This document shows positions 27,020 to 37,246 of a stretch of 64,000 bases of DNA, in pieces; the stretch's first letter is position 1, and each line of letters opens with the position of its first letter. This DNA is from an uncultured Prevotellaceae bacterium (GTDB taxonomy: Bacteria; Bacteroidota; Bacteroidia; Bacteroidales; Bacteroidaceae). The notes beneath the pieces were generated by a model. That model was not told the origin of the DNA. It saw nothing but the letters and a program-made list of their open reading frames with translations, and ran no database searches. The DNA lies in NCBI GenBank assembly GCA_946415645.1, contig CAMKTJ010000011.1:2627-66626 (forward strand), written 5' to 3'. The translations under genes and the position numbers were made by a program.

Positions 27020-30000
27020 TTATTTCTCCTCATTCTCCTTAATCGTCTTACCCATTGTCAGGTAAGCAGTAGGAGCGGCAATGAAGATAGATGACAATGT
27101 ACCGAAGATAACACCCAGGATCATTGCGAAGGCGAAGCTGCGGATGCTAGCACCACCCAGGCAGAAGATTACAGCCAGTACGATGAATGTGCTGACAGAG
27201 GTGTTGATAGTACGGTTCAATGTGCTGTTCAAAGAGCTATTGAAGAGTTCCTGACGTTCACGCTTGGGATAAAGACCAATGTACTCACGGATACGGTCAA
27301 ATACTACCACCTTGTCGTTGATAGAGTAACCGATAGCAGTAAGCACGGCACCAATGAAGGTCTGGTCAATCTCCAGTGAGAAGGGCAGGATACCCCACCA
27401 GATAGCATACATACCCAGAATCAGAACAATGTCTATGATCAGAGCGGTGATAGCACCAACTGAGAAAGCAAGGTTACGGAAACGGATAAAGATGTATGCG
27501 AAGATGGCTATGAAGGCCAGAATAACACTCCAGATAGCACCGTTAGTAATATCCTCAGCTACAGAAGGACCTACCTTCTGGCTACTGATGATAGAACCAC
27601 CTGCACGCTCATCACGGTTGATGAAGTTCTCTACAGTAAGGTCACTAGTCAAGAGGTCGCCAGCCTTGAGGGCATCAAACAACTTCTGTTCAATCTCGCT
27701 GTCTACCTCTGTACCATCCTCTTGGATGCGGTAGTTGGTAGAGATACGTACAGTCTTGCCGCCAGTACCCAGGGCAATAACACTGGTGTTACTCTCGGGG
27801 AATGCCTCTGCCAGAAGAGGACGAACAGTCTCGGGCTGTACTTCCTTCTCGAACAGAACCACATAGTTACGACCACCGGTGAAGTCAATACTCTTGCTGA
27901 AGCCACGACCGAACATGAAGCCCAAGCTGATAACAGCCAGTACGCCAAAGACAGCAAAGCTCTTCTTGTAAGCGCTCATGAACTTGAAGGCGGGATTCTG
28001 GAAAGAGATCTTGTCACCAATAGCGGTGCGGAAGGTCAGACCCAACCACTTGTCCTTAGCCATAACCTGTGAATAAACAACACGGGTCAGGAATACGGCA
28101 GTAAAGAAGCTGACGCAGATACCGATGAACAGTGTGGTAGCGAAACCGCGGATAGGTCCTGTACCGAAGTAGTAAAGGATAACAGCGGTAATGATAGAAG
28201 TCAGGTTAGAGTCGAAGATAGCGCTGAAGGCATTGCTGTAACCAGCAGACAGAGCCTCGCGAACCTTCTTACCAGCCTTCATCTCCTCCTTGGTACGCTC
28301 ATAGATAAGCACGTTGGCATCCACAGCCATACCCAGTGTCAGTACCATACCGGCAATACCGCTCATGGTAAGGGCAGCCTGGAAGCTGGTCAGGATACCT
28401 ACGGTGAAGAAGAGGTTCAGGATCAGGGCGCAGTTAGCAACCATACCGGGGATAGTACCGTACATCACAATCATGTAAACCATCAGGATTACGAAGGCGA
28501 TGATACAGCTCAGGATACCCTGCTGGATAGACTCAGCACCCAGTGAAGGACCAACAATCTCCTCGCTCACAATCTTAGCGGGAGCGGGCATCTTACCAGA
28601 CTTCAGTACGTTGGCAAGGTCACGTGTATCCTCTGTTGTGAAACGACCGGTAATCTGTGAGTTACCACCGGTAATCTCGCTCTGTACAGTAGGAGCACTG
28701 TAAACATTATCATCCAGAACGATGGCAACGCAACGCTTCAGGTTAGCCTTTGTGAGGGCAGCCCAACGACGAGCACCGTCAACATTCATCTTCATACTAA
28801 CGCAAGGCTGACCGTTCTGATCGAACTCGTCCTTGGCATCAGTGATAACATCACCCTCCAGAGGAGCACGACCGTTACGCTCTGTTACCTTGATGGCATA
28901 CAGCTCGTAGATGTTAGAACTTTCGCCTTCACCAGCACCCTTAACGCCCCACTTGAGACGAAGGTCAGAAGGAAGAACCTCCTTAGCCTCGGGAGAAGCC
29001 AACAATTCATCAATAGTAGCCATATCACGCTTGTGGGCATAACCAACTACGCAACCATAAGCACCCTGAGCAAGCTGCATACGGCTCAAAAGAGGATTCT
29101 GCTTACGTGCCTTCTCGATGTCGGCAGCAGAAACAGCAGTCTCTTTCTTCTCCTCAGCGTTACCACCTACTACGGCAGCCAGATCCTTCTGGGCAGCAGC
29201 AGAATCAACAGCTGTGGTATCAGTTGTAGCCTCTGCAACAACAGCAGCAGAATCAGCAGGAGCCTCATCCTTGATGTTGCTCATTACAGCAGCAAGTTTT
29301 CTATCCAAAGTAACCAGGAAAGGAACAATCTCCTGAGAGTTGTAAGTCTCCCAGAACTCCAGATTAGCACTACCCTGCAATAGTTTACGAACACGCTCGG
29401 GTTCCTTTACACCAGGCATTTCAACCATGATGCGGCCTTCCTGACCCTCCAGGGCCTGGATGTTAGGCTGAACAACGCCGAAACGGTCAATACGCGTACG
29501 GAGTACATTGTATGAGTTGTCGATAGCGCTCTTCACTTCCTCGCGGAGCACCTTCTCAACCTGTTTGTCTGTACTCTTGGTTGTTACCTTATCACGCAAC
29601 TGCTGAGTTGCAAAAAGCTCAGCCAGAGCCTTGTTGGGCTCCAAAGCCTTGTAGTCTTTAATAAATAAGGTAATAAAGTCACTCTGGCTGTTTGCAGCCT
29701 CGCTGGTCGCCTGCTCGACGGCCTTGCGGAAGTTCTCATCAGTCTCTTCCTTGTGGTCTGCCAAAGCCTTTACTACATCGGGTACACTAACCTCCAGGAT
29801 AACGTTCATACCACCCTTCAGGTCCAGACCCAATCCGATTCCCATCTCACGGCACTCCTTCAATGTCCAAACATTGCAGTACACCTTGTTGTTGAGCAGA
29901 GAATCCAAGTAACGGTCGGCAGCTTCCTGACCCTCAGTCTGAGCAATCTCCTCAGCCTTATTCTCGAAGTGGTTGGTAACCACTGAGAAGCTCAGGTAGA

Positions 30001-30058
30001 AGAGGCAAACCAGAGTCAGCAGGACTGCGAAAACCTTTACAAATCCTTTGTTTTGCAT
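27020..30058 (-). CDS. secDF: protein translocase subunit SecDF (fused)
   Basis: 1012 aa with N-terminal TM, large periplasmic domain and two 6-TM blocks. The motifs LGLDLKGGM and GPSLG are typical of SecD. Confidence 0.95.
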   Translation of the reverse strand: MQNKGFVKVFAVLLTLVCLFYLSFSVVTNHFENKAEEIAQTEGQEAADRYLDSLLNNKVYCNVWTLKECREMGIGLGLDLKGGMNVILEVSVPDVVKALADHKEETDENFRKAVEQATSEAANSQSDFITLFIKDYKALEPNKALAELFATQQLRDKVTTKSTDKQVEKVLREEVKSAIDNSYNVLRTRIDRFGVVQPNIQALEGQEGRIMVEMPGVKEPERVRKLLQGSANLEFWETYNSQEIVPFLVTLDRKLAAVMSNIKDEAPADSAAVVAEATTDTTAVDSAAAQKDLAAVVGGNAEEKKETAVSAADIEKARKQNPLLSRMQLAQGAYGCVVGYAHKRDMATIDELLASPEAKEVLPSDLRLKWGVKGAGEGESSNIYELYAIKVTERNGRAPLEGDVITDAKDEFDQNGQPCVSMKMNVDGARRWAALTKANLKRCVAIVLDDNVYSAPTVQSEITGGNSQITGRFTTEDTRDLANVLKSGKMPAPAKIVSEEIVGPSLGAESIQQGILSCIIAFVILMVYMIVMYGTIPGMVANCALILNLFFTVGILTSFQAALTMSGIAGMVLTLGMAVDANVLIYERTKEEMKAGKKVREALSAGYSNAFSAIFDSNLTSIITAVILYYFGTGPIRGFATTLFIGICVSFFTAVFLTRVVYSQVMAKDKWLGLTFRTAIGDKISFQNPAFKFMSAYKKSFAVFGVLAVISLGFMFGRGFSKSIDFTGGRNYVVLFEKEVQPETVRPLLAEAFPESNTSVIALGTGGKTVRISTNYRIQEDGTEVDSEIEQKLFDALKAGDLLTSDLTVENFINRDERAGGSIISSQKVGPSVAEDITNGAIWSVILAFIAIFAYIFIRFRNLAFSVGAITALIIDIVLILGMYAIWWGILPFSLEIDQTFIGAVLTAIGYSINDKVVVFDRIREYIGLYPKRERQELFNSSLNSTLNRTINTSVSTFIVLAVIFCLGGASIRSFAFAMILGVIFGTLSSIFIAAPTAYLTMGKTIKENEEK

Positions 30059-30117
30059 TTTGTTAAATAATTATTGTTTTGTTGTTTATAAGTTTCGTTC
30101 AGTCAAAAAATAGTTCG

Positions 30118-30125
30118 CAAAGATA
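30118..30125 (-). promoter_or_regulatory. candidate -7 box (TAnnTTTG)
   Basis: TATCTTTG on the minus strand, 59 nt upstream of the secDF ATG. Confidence 0.45.
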
Positions 30126-30181
30126 CACATTTTTCCTTTACTAAATATAATTTGCACCAAAATTTATACATTAAAGGCATT

Positions 30182-31258
30182 TTATTTGTCTTTTTTCTGT
30201 AGATAGGCAACTACGGGGAAGTGGTCAGAAGCCCTTACGCCATCGTCTACATAGCATTTTATGCATTGCCAGTCTGAAGACGCAAATATATGATCTATAC
30301 GCACATAGATTCCACTTTGGCTATAAGTAAAGCCTACGCCCCTGCCAATTTTGCGGTATGCACAATCCAATCTGCTGGATATTCTTTGATAAGTATAGGA
30401 GATGGGGGTGTCATTGAAATCTCCGCACATAATTATGCTCTTTCCTTCATTCTTGTCTATCAGAGCACATAACGTATCTGTCTGTGCGCCACGGTAGAAA
30501 GCAGCATCGCGGAGTTTGCGAAGCAGCACCTTGCTTCCCTTCTCCATGCGTTGCTGTTCAGGTTCCAAGATCATATTCTTATACTCCGTCTTATCGGAAT
30601 CAGAAAGCGCATTACTTTCAAGATGATTGCTTACCAGCAACAGACTGTCGCCCTGACAGCGAACCCAGCACGCCATGCTGCTGTTCTTACGGGTTGGATA
30701 GTCAATATGCAAGGTATCACCCAGGACGGGGAAACGGGTAAGGATACATTTCCCAGTTCCAACCACACGATGATAACCCATAGAGTCTGCAAAATGTTGG
30801 AACTCAGGCATATTCACTAGGGGGCCATACGTCTCCTGAAGACATACAACATCCGGGGATTTCTCCTTCAGGAAACACAGCACCTCCTGCCGGCCTTCTT
30901 CATCCGTAACGCCCCCCAGGTTATAGGTAACAACACAGATGGCACTGTCAGAAAGGTATTTCTTTGTATTGATGGGACAATAATCCATAGCATAGCCAGC
31001 CACAACCATCAATCCCACTAAAGGAACCCAGACCAGATAGAAACGGAATATCAGCCAGAAAAAGAAAAAGGCAATATCCACCGCCACGAATATAGGGAAG
31101 AAAAGCCCTAATAATGAAAGAGTGGGATGTGAACTGGGTGAGAGAAAGGTGGAAATAACAGCCAGCCACATGAGCAGGACAGTACAAATGTTAGCTCCCA
31201 GGAATATTCCTATGAACACACGCACAAAGGGGCTTGTCTTTTTCTTTTTGTTCTGCAT
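30182..31258 (-). CDS. membrane-anchored endonuclease/exonuclease/phosphatase (EEP) family protein
   Basis: It has N-terminal TM helices, DVVCLQET, and the C-terminal SDHFPV motif. Confidence 0.85.
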   Translation of the reverse strand: MQNKKKKTSPFVRVFIGIFLGANICTVLLMWLAVISTFLSPSSHPTLSLLGLFFPIFVAVDIAFFFFWLIFRFYLVWVPLVGLMVVAGYAMDYCPINTKKYLSDSAICVVTYNLGGVTDEEGRQEVLCFLKEKSPDVVCLQETYGPLVNMPEFQHFADSMGYHRVVGTGKCILTRFPVLGDTLHIDYPTRKNSSMACWVRCQGDSLLLVSNHLESNALSDSDKTEYKNMILEPEQQRMEKGSKVLLRKLRDAAFYRGAQTDTLCALIDKNEGKSIIMCGDFNDTPISYTYQRISSRLDCAYRKIGRGVGFTYSQSGIYVRIDHIFASSDWQCIKCYVDDGVRASDHFPVVAYLQKKDK

Positions 31259-32214
31259 TAGTTTTTGCTTTTGTCGAAGAGCCGGCGTTTCTCTTCTTCT
31301 GTAAGATTTGTATATCCGCTCTTCTTTACCTTATCAAGTATGCGATTCAGTTCTGCCTCCTCTTCCTGCTGACGCTGTTTATAGGCGAAATCCTGCTCGT
31401 ATTTACCACCATAGGTAACCTTGATGTCGGGATTCTTACGGGTAAACATCTTCGAGAACCAACGACGGAAATTAAAACCGCCAGAGCCCTTGTCGTAATA
31501 ATCTCTGTCGTAGTAATTACGGTGACCTCGGTTGCGATTTCCGCCGCCATTACGCCAATAGAGAATCAACAGAAGACCTACCAGCATACCACCCAAATGA
31601 GCAAAATGTGCTATACCATCGCCCGGACGACCCAGAGCCGACATCAGTTCTATCACGGCATATCCTACCACAAAGTACTTGGCACGGATAGGAACAGGAA
31701 GCGGGAAGATGAACATCCGCTCATTGGGATACGTCATGCCAAAGGAGAGCAGGATACCATACACGGCACCAGAAGCTCCCACCGTAGTCCAACGGTTCAA
31801 GTACTCTGCCATCGGAATCTGCATCCCGCCAATGCTGGCCATCTCGTAATTGCCAAGGCCCTCAATCCAGTAATTGCCAAACTGCACCAGCTCTTGCATC
31901 AGTCCGGCTCCCAGACCACACGTCAGGTAATAGAACAGAAAGCGCTTGGAACCCATGGTATTCTCCATAATGCGACCGAACATCCAGACGGCAAACATAT
32001 TGAAGAACAGATGTGAGAAGCTTCCATGCATGAACATGTATGAAAAGAGCTGGTAGAAATAGAAATGACTGGCCATAAAGAAGTGAAGGCCCAGTACATC
32101 GTCAAGGTCTATACCATAAGCAGGAAGAGCTGCTACCCATCGGGCTGCAAAGAACAACACGTTAATGATAAGCAGATTCTTGGTTACAGGAGGCATATTA
32201 TTCATAACAGTCAA
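31258..32214 (-). CDS. rhomboid family intramembrane serine protease
   Basis: GASGAVYG catalytic Ser motif and AHLGGMLVG His motif in a multi-TM protein. Confidence 0.9.
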   Translation of the reverse strand: MTVMNNMPPVTKNLLIINVLFFAARWVAALPAYGIDLDDVLGLHFFMASHFYFYQLFSYMFMHGSFSHLFFNMFAVWMFGRIMENTMGSKRFLFYYLTCGLGAGLMQELVQFGNYWIEGLGNYEMASIGGMQIPMAEYLNRWTTVGASGAVYGILLSFGMTYPNERMFIFPLPVPIRAKYFVVGYAVIELMSALGRPGDGIAHFAHLGGMLVGLLLILYWRNGGGNRNRGHRNYYDRDYYDKGSGGFNFRRWFSKMFTRKNPDIKVTYGGKYEQDFAYKQRQQEEEAELNRILDKVKKSGYTNLTEEEKRRLFDKSKN

Positions 32215-32344
32215 AATTCCTAATTACGGCGCAAAAATACAAAAATAAAACAGAAAAGGCCCAATTACACGCATTCTAAAAGGTTTTTTTCGCATTTTCT
32301 TTCATTTTTTTACAAAAAAACTTGGGCTGTATGTCAAGAATACC

Positions 32345-32352
32345 TATTTTTG
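32345..32352 (+). promoter_or_regulatory. candidate -7 box (TAnnTTTG)
   Basis: TATTTTTG, 54 nt upstream of the hup ATG. Confidence 0.5.
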
Positions 32353-32406
32353 TGATACAATTTTTTGATTTAAACTAAATTTATAAACATCTAAAAACAC
32401 AAAGTT

Positions 32407-32670
32407 ATGAACAAGACTGATTTGATTGCAAAAATTGCAGAAGGCGCAGGTTTGAGTAAAGTTGACGCAAAGAAGGCTTTGGAAGCTACATTGGAGGCTA
32501 TTACCGGTGCTGTAAAGACTGGTGACAAGGTTGCTCTGATTGGTTTTGGTACTTTCTCTGTTGCTGAGCGTGCTGCACGCAAGGGTATCAATGTTCTTAC
32601 AAAGAAGACCATTAACATCCCCGCAAAGAAGGTTGTTAAGTTCAAGGCTGGTGCTGACCTGAAGTTCTAA
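32407..32670 (+). CDS. hup: HU family DNA-binding protein
   Basis: 87 aa, MNKTDLIAKIAE..GFGTFSVAERAARKGINVLTKKTINIPAKKVVKFKAG. Confidence 0.95.
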   Translation: MNKTDLIAKIAEGAGLSKVDAKKALEATLEAITGAVKTGDKVALIGFGTFSVAERAARKGINVLTKKTINIPAKKVVKFKAGADLKF

Positions 32671-32699
32671 GAACCATTCTTTTTTTGCAAAAGAAATCT

Positions 32700-32730
32700 A
32701 GCGCACTGTTTCCTTTGGGAACAGCGCGCT
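32700..32730. terminator. bidirectional terminator between hup and the YifB-like gene
   Basis: AGCGCACTGTTTCC-TTT-GGGAACAGCGCGCT followed by TTTTCTTTTT. Confidence 0.8.
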
Positions 32731-32740
32731 TTTCTTTTTC

Positions 32741-34279
32741 CTATTCTCCCCAAGAACTCCTGTCAAGATTACGGTAGCCTATGGCTTCCTGCAGATGATG
32801 TGTCTGAATTTGCTCTGAACCTTCAAGGTCGGCAATAGTACGAGCCACACGCAGAATACGGTCATATGCTCGTGCTGAAAGTTGAAGACGGTTCATAGCT
32901 TCCCTCAGCATATCCATATCATTGGACGCCGGCTCGGCATAACGATGCATCAGCCTGCTTGTCATCTGGGCATTGCAATGTATACCAGGCTCATCCTTAT
33001 AACGCTCTTCCTGAATTTTGCGGGCACGAACCACACGTTCACGAATGGTGGCACTACTCTCGCCTGGAGCCGTACGACTGAGTTCATCAAAGGAAAGGGG
33101 CGTTATCTCACATTGTATATCTATACGGTCAAGCAAGGGACCGGAGATTTTATTCAGATAACGGACAATTTGTCCGGGTGTACAGCAGCATTGTTTGGTC
33201 GGGTGATTGTAATAGCCACACGGACAAGGGTTCATGCTGGCTATGAACATAAAGGAGCACGGGTAAGAAATGCTGTACTTGGCACGGGAAATGTTAATAA
33301 CCCTGTCCTCGAGAGGCTGACGAAGAACCTCCAATGTACTACGCTGGAACTCGGGAAGCTCATCACAGAAGAGCACACCGTTATGGGCCAGGCTTATCTC
33401 GCCTGGCTGAGGATTTGAACCGCCACCCACCAAAGCAACCTGCGAAACTGTATGGTGGGGCGCACGGAAAGGCCTGTGCGCTATCAGCGAGCAGTTACCG
33501 GGCAACTTGCCGGCTACGGAATGAATCTGTGTTGTCTCCAGACTCTCTTGCAATGACAAAGGCGGCAAGATACTAGGCAGACGTTTGGCCATCATACTCT
33601 TTCCGCTTCCAGGAGGGCCTATCATAATAAGGTTATGTCCACCTGCTGCGGCAATCTCCATGGCACGCTTTACATGCTCTTGCCCCTTAACGTCTGCAAA
33701 GTCCAGTTCAAAATCATTCTGCTGAGCATAGAACTCGGCACGTGTGTTAACAACGGTAGGTTCTAGGGGATGCATACCATTCAGATGTCCTACCACTTGA
33801 TTGATATGACGCACACCATAAACCTTAAGTTTATTTACAACGGCTGCCTCACGTATATTATCTTCTGGCACAAAGAGACCCTCATACCCCATCTCTCTGG
33901 CTTTGATGGCTATAGGAAGTGCTCCTTTTATAGGCATAAGGGAGCCATCCAGGCTCAACTCGCCAACCATCATATAGCGCTTCAGCAAGTTTACGTCTAC
34001 CTCACCTTCTGTGGCAAGTATTCCAATGGCCAAAGGAAGATCCAAGCCAGAACCTTCTTTCCTGACATCGGCAGGCGCCAGATTTACCGTAATCTGTCTG
34101 GTAGGAAATCTGTAACCGCTATTTTCTATGGCTGCCATGATGCGTTCATGACTCTCCTTAACAGCATTATCGGGCAAGCCGACCATAACAAACCGGCATC
34201 CTCTGGTGGCATTCACCTCTATGGTTACGGCTACTGCCTGCAGGCCCTGTACTGTTGCACCATATACTTTTACAAGCAT
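32741..34279 (-). CDS. YifB/ComM family Mg-chelatase-like AAA+ ATPase
   Basis: Lon-protease-like N-domain, Walker A GPPGSGKSMMAKRL, and overall 512-aa YifB architecture. Confidence 0.9.
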   Translation of the reverse strand: MLVKVYGATVQGLQAVAVTIEVNATRGCRFVMVGLPDNAVKESHERIMAAIENSGYRFPTRQITVNLAPADVRKEGSGLDLPLAIGILATEGEVDVNLLKRYMMVGELSLDGSLMPIKGALPIAIKAREMGYEGLFVPEDNIREAAVVNKLKVYGVRHINQVVGHLNGMHPLEPTVVNTRAEFYAQQNDFELDFADVKGQEHVKRAMEIAAAGGHNLIMIGPPGSGKSMMAKRLPSILPPLSLQESLETTQIHSVAGKLPGNCSLIAHRPFRAPHHTVSQVALVGGGSNPQPGEISLAHNGVLFCDELPEFQRSTLEVLRQPLEDRVINISRAKYSISYPCSFMFIASMNPCPCGYYNHPTKQCCCTPGQIVRYLNKISGPLLDRIDIQCEITPLSFDELSRTAPGESSATIRERVVRARKIQEERYKDEPGIHCNAQMTSRLMHRYAEPASNDMDMLREAMNRLQLSARAYDRILRVARTIADLEGSEQIQTHHLQEAIGYRNLDRSSWGE

Positions 34280-35304
34280 AGTTTCCTGATATGAGGTTCT
34301 ATATCACGTTGCCAATCTGTACCTGAGGCAACAATCCTCAGATTGGCATCTACAAGAACAAAATAAGGTAAGTCGTAAATGCCCAGTTTCTGGACAAGCG
34401 GACTATTGAAACATTGGAAATCACAATAGCTGTAATAGTCTATGCTATCGTTCTTTTCAATTCTTGCAAGTTCTGTGGATTCTGCATCAAGGGAATAACT
34501 GATGACATTCACCCTGATGCCTTTCTCTTTCATTTCCCTACGGAACCTGCGTGTTCGGTAAAGGGCACTCTGCGAGCCACTCTTCCAACTGGCCCAGAAG
34601 GATATCAGCAGATAATTGCCACGGAAATCTTCTGAGGATATTTCCTTGCCTCCCTCATCAGTAAAGACGGAGGGACGGGTCATTAATTTGAAATCGGGCA
34701 ACGGCTGCCCTTCAGATAGCACACCATGTGAGCGAACCAGACGGGACAGTTTACTCAACTCCACGTCATCAGGACAGGCACGACACAGACTATCAAAGAT
34801 TTCTGTTATCTGAGCCTGTGGGATACTATCGTTTAGGAGAAAATATGTTGAAAACAGATAACGACTAAGAGCCAGCGTAGGATGTTCCAATGCGTATTGT
34901 TGGGCAACATCACGTACCTCCTTGTCAGAAAGGCCCTTTATGCGTTTCCTGAATTCAGTATAAGTCTCATTATCCTCTGTACCCTTCACTTCCACCGCAC
35001 TCAGATTCTGGGCATCGCCTACAATCTTAATGTCATCGCCAGGACGGGCAAAGATGGTAAGTTCTGAATAATTGGGATACATCAGATGGAAGATAACATC
35101 CCCGTCTATGGATGCCATATACTCGAATTCACCATTCTCGATATGCAGCGTATCCAAGCGGTCTGTTCCTCCACTGGGACTATAAATAAAGAACTCACCC
35201 TGCTCAAGGTGAGCAAAACTACCCTGAATCATAACCTGACCGGGGTGGTTGCTGCAACTGAGCAGGGTGAGCAGGAATGCTATATAGAATAGCTTGAATC
35301 TCAT
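34270..35304 (-). CDS. TlpA-like thioredoxin-fold lipoprotein lacking the CxxC active site
   Basis: Lipobox LLSCS. The fold aligns by eye with the paralog at 60301..61344, but FWASWCGPC is replaced by FWASWKSGS (nt 34573-34587). Confidence 0.8.
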   Translation of the reverse strand: MRFKLFYIAFLLTLLSCSNHPGQVMIQGSFAHLEQGEFFIYSPSGGTDRLDTLHIENGEFEYMASIDGDVIFHLMYPNYSELTIFARPGDDIKIVGDAQNLSAVEVKGTEDNETYTEFRKRIKGLSDKEVRDVAQQYALEHPTLALSRYLFSTYFLLNDSIPQAQITEIFDSLCRACPDDVELSKLSRLVRSHGVLSEGQPLPDFKLMTRPSVFTDEGGKEISSEDFRGNYLLISFWASWKSGSQSALYRTRRFRREMKEKGIRVNVISYSLDAESTELARIEKNDSIDYYSYCDFQCFNSPLVQKLGIYDLPYFVLVDANLRIVASGTDWQRDIEPHIRKLCL

Positions 35305-36993
35305 TTACTTGATGATGCCCTTAATGATGCTTGCATACTTGGCAAACTCAAGGTCGTTAGCAGCACGGGCAGCCAAAGTAGCGTCCTGCTGGATAGCGCT
35401 CTTGAGGGCAGAAGCCAAAGTAGTAGTATCGTTTGTGCGTGCAGCCAGAACAGCCTGCAGATAGCTAGTAATAGCATCAGCATTCTTGATGGCAGCAAGT
35501 GTCTTCTTAGCGCTAGTGTAATCCTTAGCCAAAATCTGAGCCAGAGCAGCACTATTAGAATAGGTTCCTGCCAAATCAGAAGCAGCCTGAGTGTAGTTAC
35601 CCTTGGCAATGTTCAGGTTACCCATAACCTCCTTGAAGGTATCAGAGCCACTACCCTTTGCAAGGTAAGTCTCAGCAGCGTTTACATCGCCATTCTTCAG
35701 GGCCAGCAGAGCCAAGTTGGTGTTTACCTCAGGGGCATTCTTGCTTACGCTTGCAGCCTGCTTCAAGTAGTTGTTGGCAACCTCTGTGTTACCAGCAGCA
35801 ATAGCCTGCTGAGCCATATTATTCAGAGCGCGATAGTCGCTGGGATACTGCTTGGCAATAGTCTCATTCCACTGCTTGCGGGTAGCCTCATCCTTAGTCA
35901 ACTTGTTGGCACCATAAACCATTTCCTCAACACTAAGCTTGCTGGGATCCTGCTGGTACTGCTCCAGAATCTGCTCATCGCTACGACCGATAACCTCGTA
36001 GTTAACAATCAGACGGGCACGACGCAACTCGGGCAGGATGCTCTCCTTGATGTCGGTATAAACCTCGCTCATGTTGCTGATCTGCTGCTCGCGTTCTTCG
36101 GGCTCCTGGTACATAGAGAGAACGCGGAGGATAATCTCCTTGTCCTGCAGGTTGCTCTTAGAAACCAACTCCTGGAAACCATCCCAGTCCTCAGCTGTGT
36201 ACTTAGTATCAACATCAGCCTTCATGCGAATCTTCTTCAGCTCGCCCTTCAGGTAATCGCTGCTGACGTTCTGACGCTTCTCAGCCAACTTCTCGTTGAA
36301 GTTATACTTACCATCGGGGCTGGCATAAGCGCTTACCTCGATGTTCTGCAGGGCACGAGTCTCAGTATTGTCATTAATCTCCTTCAGAATCTTACCCAGA
36401 TCCTTAACGCTGATATTGTTCAGTTCGCTGGCACGCAGGTTAGCTTGGTTGATCAAGAACTTGATGTTAGCCTCCTGCTTCTGGGCGATGATACGCTGGT
36501 AGCCGTCAGGAGCTGTTGCACCTGTGATATTGCAACGGTTCAGCAACTGGCTGGTTGCCAATACGCCATAACCGATCTTAACCTCGGGGATAGAAACAGT
36601 CTTCTTACCCAACTTGGCATCAAAACGAGCATACAACTCGCTTGACAACATAGGCTCAATATAGGCAAAGTTGGTCTTCATTGCATAAGTACCACCAGCT
36701 TTGTATCTGATAGTTGTAGCATTGCCTTCAACCTTCTCTCCCTGGAAAGTAGCGCTCTGGCCTTCAGCCTCGCCACCCTGATACTTCAGGACAGGAGTAA
36801 CGGTAACCTGAGCCTTCTTCTTCATATACTTAACGGGGAAAGTACCATTGATTGTAGCGGGAACCTGTCCACCAACAGCCTCAAGGGGAGTAGGAGTAAC
36901 AGTAAAGTTATCTGAGCTAAGCTTTCCAAGCTTGCTACAAGATGAGAGCGCCAAAACGGCTGCTGACATCATAAAAACGTGAGATTTTTGCAT
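35305..36993 (-). CDS. lipoprotein with OmpA-like segment and C-terminal TPR-like repeats
   Basis: Lipobox LALSSC. AYASPDGKYNFNEKLAEKRQNVSSDYL resembles the OmpA C-terminal-domain core. The C-terminal third is Ala/Asn-rich and TPR-like. Confidence 0.7.
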   Translation of the reverse strand: MQKSHVFMMSAAVLALSSCSKLGKLSSDNFTVTPTPLEAVGGQVPATINGTFPVKYMKKKAQVTVTPVLKYQGGEAEGQSATFQGEKVEGNATTIRYKAGGTYAMKTNFAYIEPMLSSELYARFDAKLGKKTVSIPEVKIGYGVLATSQLLNRCNITGATAPDGYQRIIAQKQEANIKFLINQANLRASELNNISVKDLGKILKEINDNTETRALQNIEVSAYASPDGKYNFNEKLAEKRQNVSSDYLKGELKKIRMKADVDTKYTAEDWDGFQELVSKSNLQDKEIILRVLSMYQEPEEREQQISNMSEVYTDIKESILPELRRARLIVNYEVIGRSDEQILEQYQQDPSKLSVEEMVYGANKLTKDEATRKQWNETIAKQYPSDYRALNNMAQQAIAAGNTEVANNYLKQAASVSKNAPEVNTNLALLALKNGDVNAAETYLAKGSGSDTFKEVMGNLNIAKGNYTQAASDLAGTYSNSAALAQILAKDYTSAKKTLAAIKNADAITSYLQAVLAARTNDTTTLASALKSAIQQDATLAARAANDLEFAKYASIIKGIIK

Positions 36994-37023
36994 AATTATT
37001 TAACCTAATTGATATTTTGCGTG

Positions 37024-37031
37024 CAAAGGTA
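37024..37031 (-). promoter_or_regulatory. candidate -7 box (TAnnTTTG)
   Basis: TACCTTTG on the minus strand, 30 nt upstream of ATG 36993. Confidence 0.5.
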
Positions 37032-37041
37032 CAAAAATAAA

Positions 37042-37071
37042 GTGAAGAATGAAGAATGAAGAGTGAAGAAT
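37042..37071. repeat. (GTGAAGA/ATGAAGA)4 heptamer array
   Basis: GTGAAGAATGAAGAATGAAGAGTGAAGAAT. It is inverted relative to 37221-37246. Confidence 0.9.
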
Positions 37072-37129
37072 CTTTATACAATTTACGTATTTTAATGAAG
37101 GACAACGAATGAAGACCGTAATTGATTAT

Positions 37130-37204
37130 GAATTAGGGATTAAGGATTAGGGACTAACAGCCCCCAACCCTCTCAGGGAGGGAGAATTGGTTAGAGGTTA
37201 GTGG
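37130..37204. repeat. (GGATTAG)4 array, C/G mini-hairpin and (GGTTAGN)2 array in one spacer
   Basis: GAATTAGGGATTAAGGATTAGGGACTAAC (37130-37158), CCCTCTCAGGGAGGG (37168-37182), GGTTAGAGGTTAGTGG (37189-37204). Confidence 0.85.
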
Positions 37205-37220
37205 ACATAGCGGCAGCAAA

Positions 37221-37246
37221 TTCTTCATTCTTCACTCTTCACTCTC
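37221..37246. repeat. (TCTTCAY)n array, the reverse complement of the GTGAAGA family, forming the xerD 3' end
   Basis: TTCTTCATTCTTCACTCTTCACTCTC. On the minus strand it encodes ..RVKSEE*. Confidence 0.9.
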
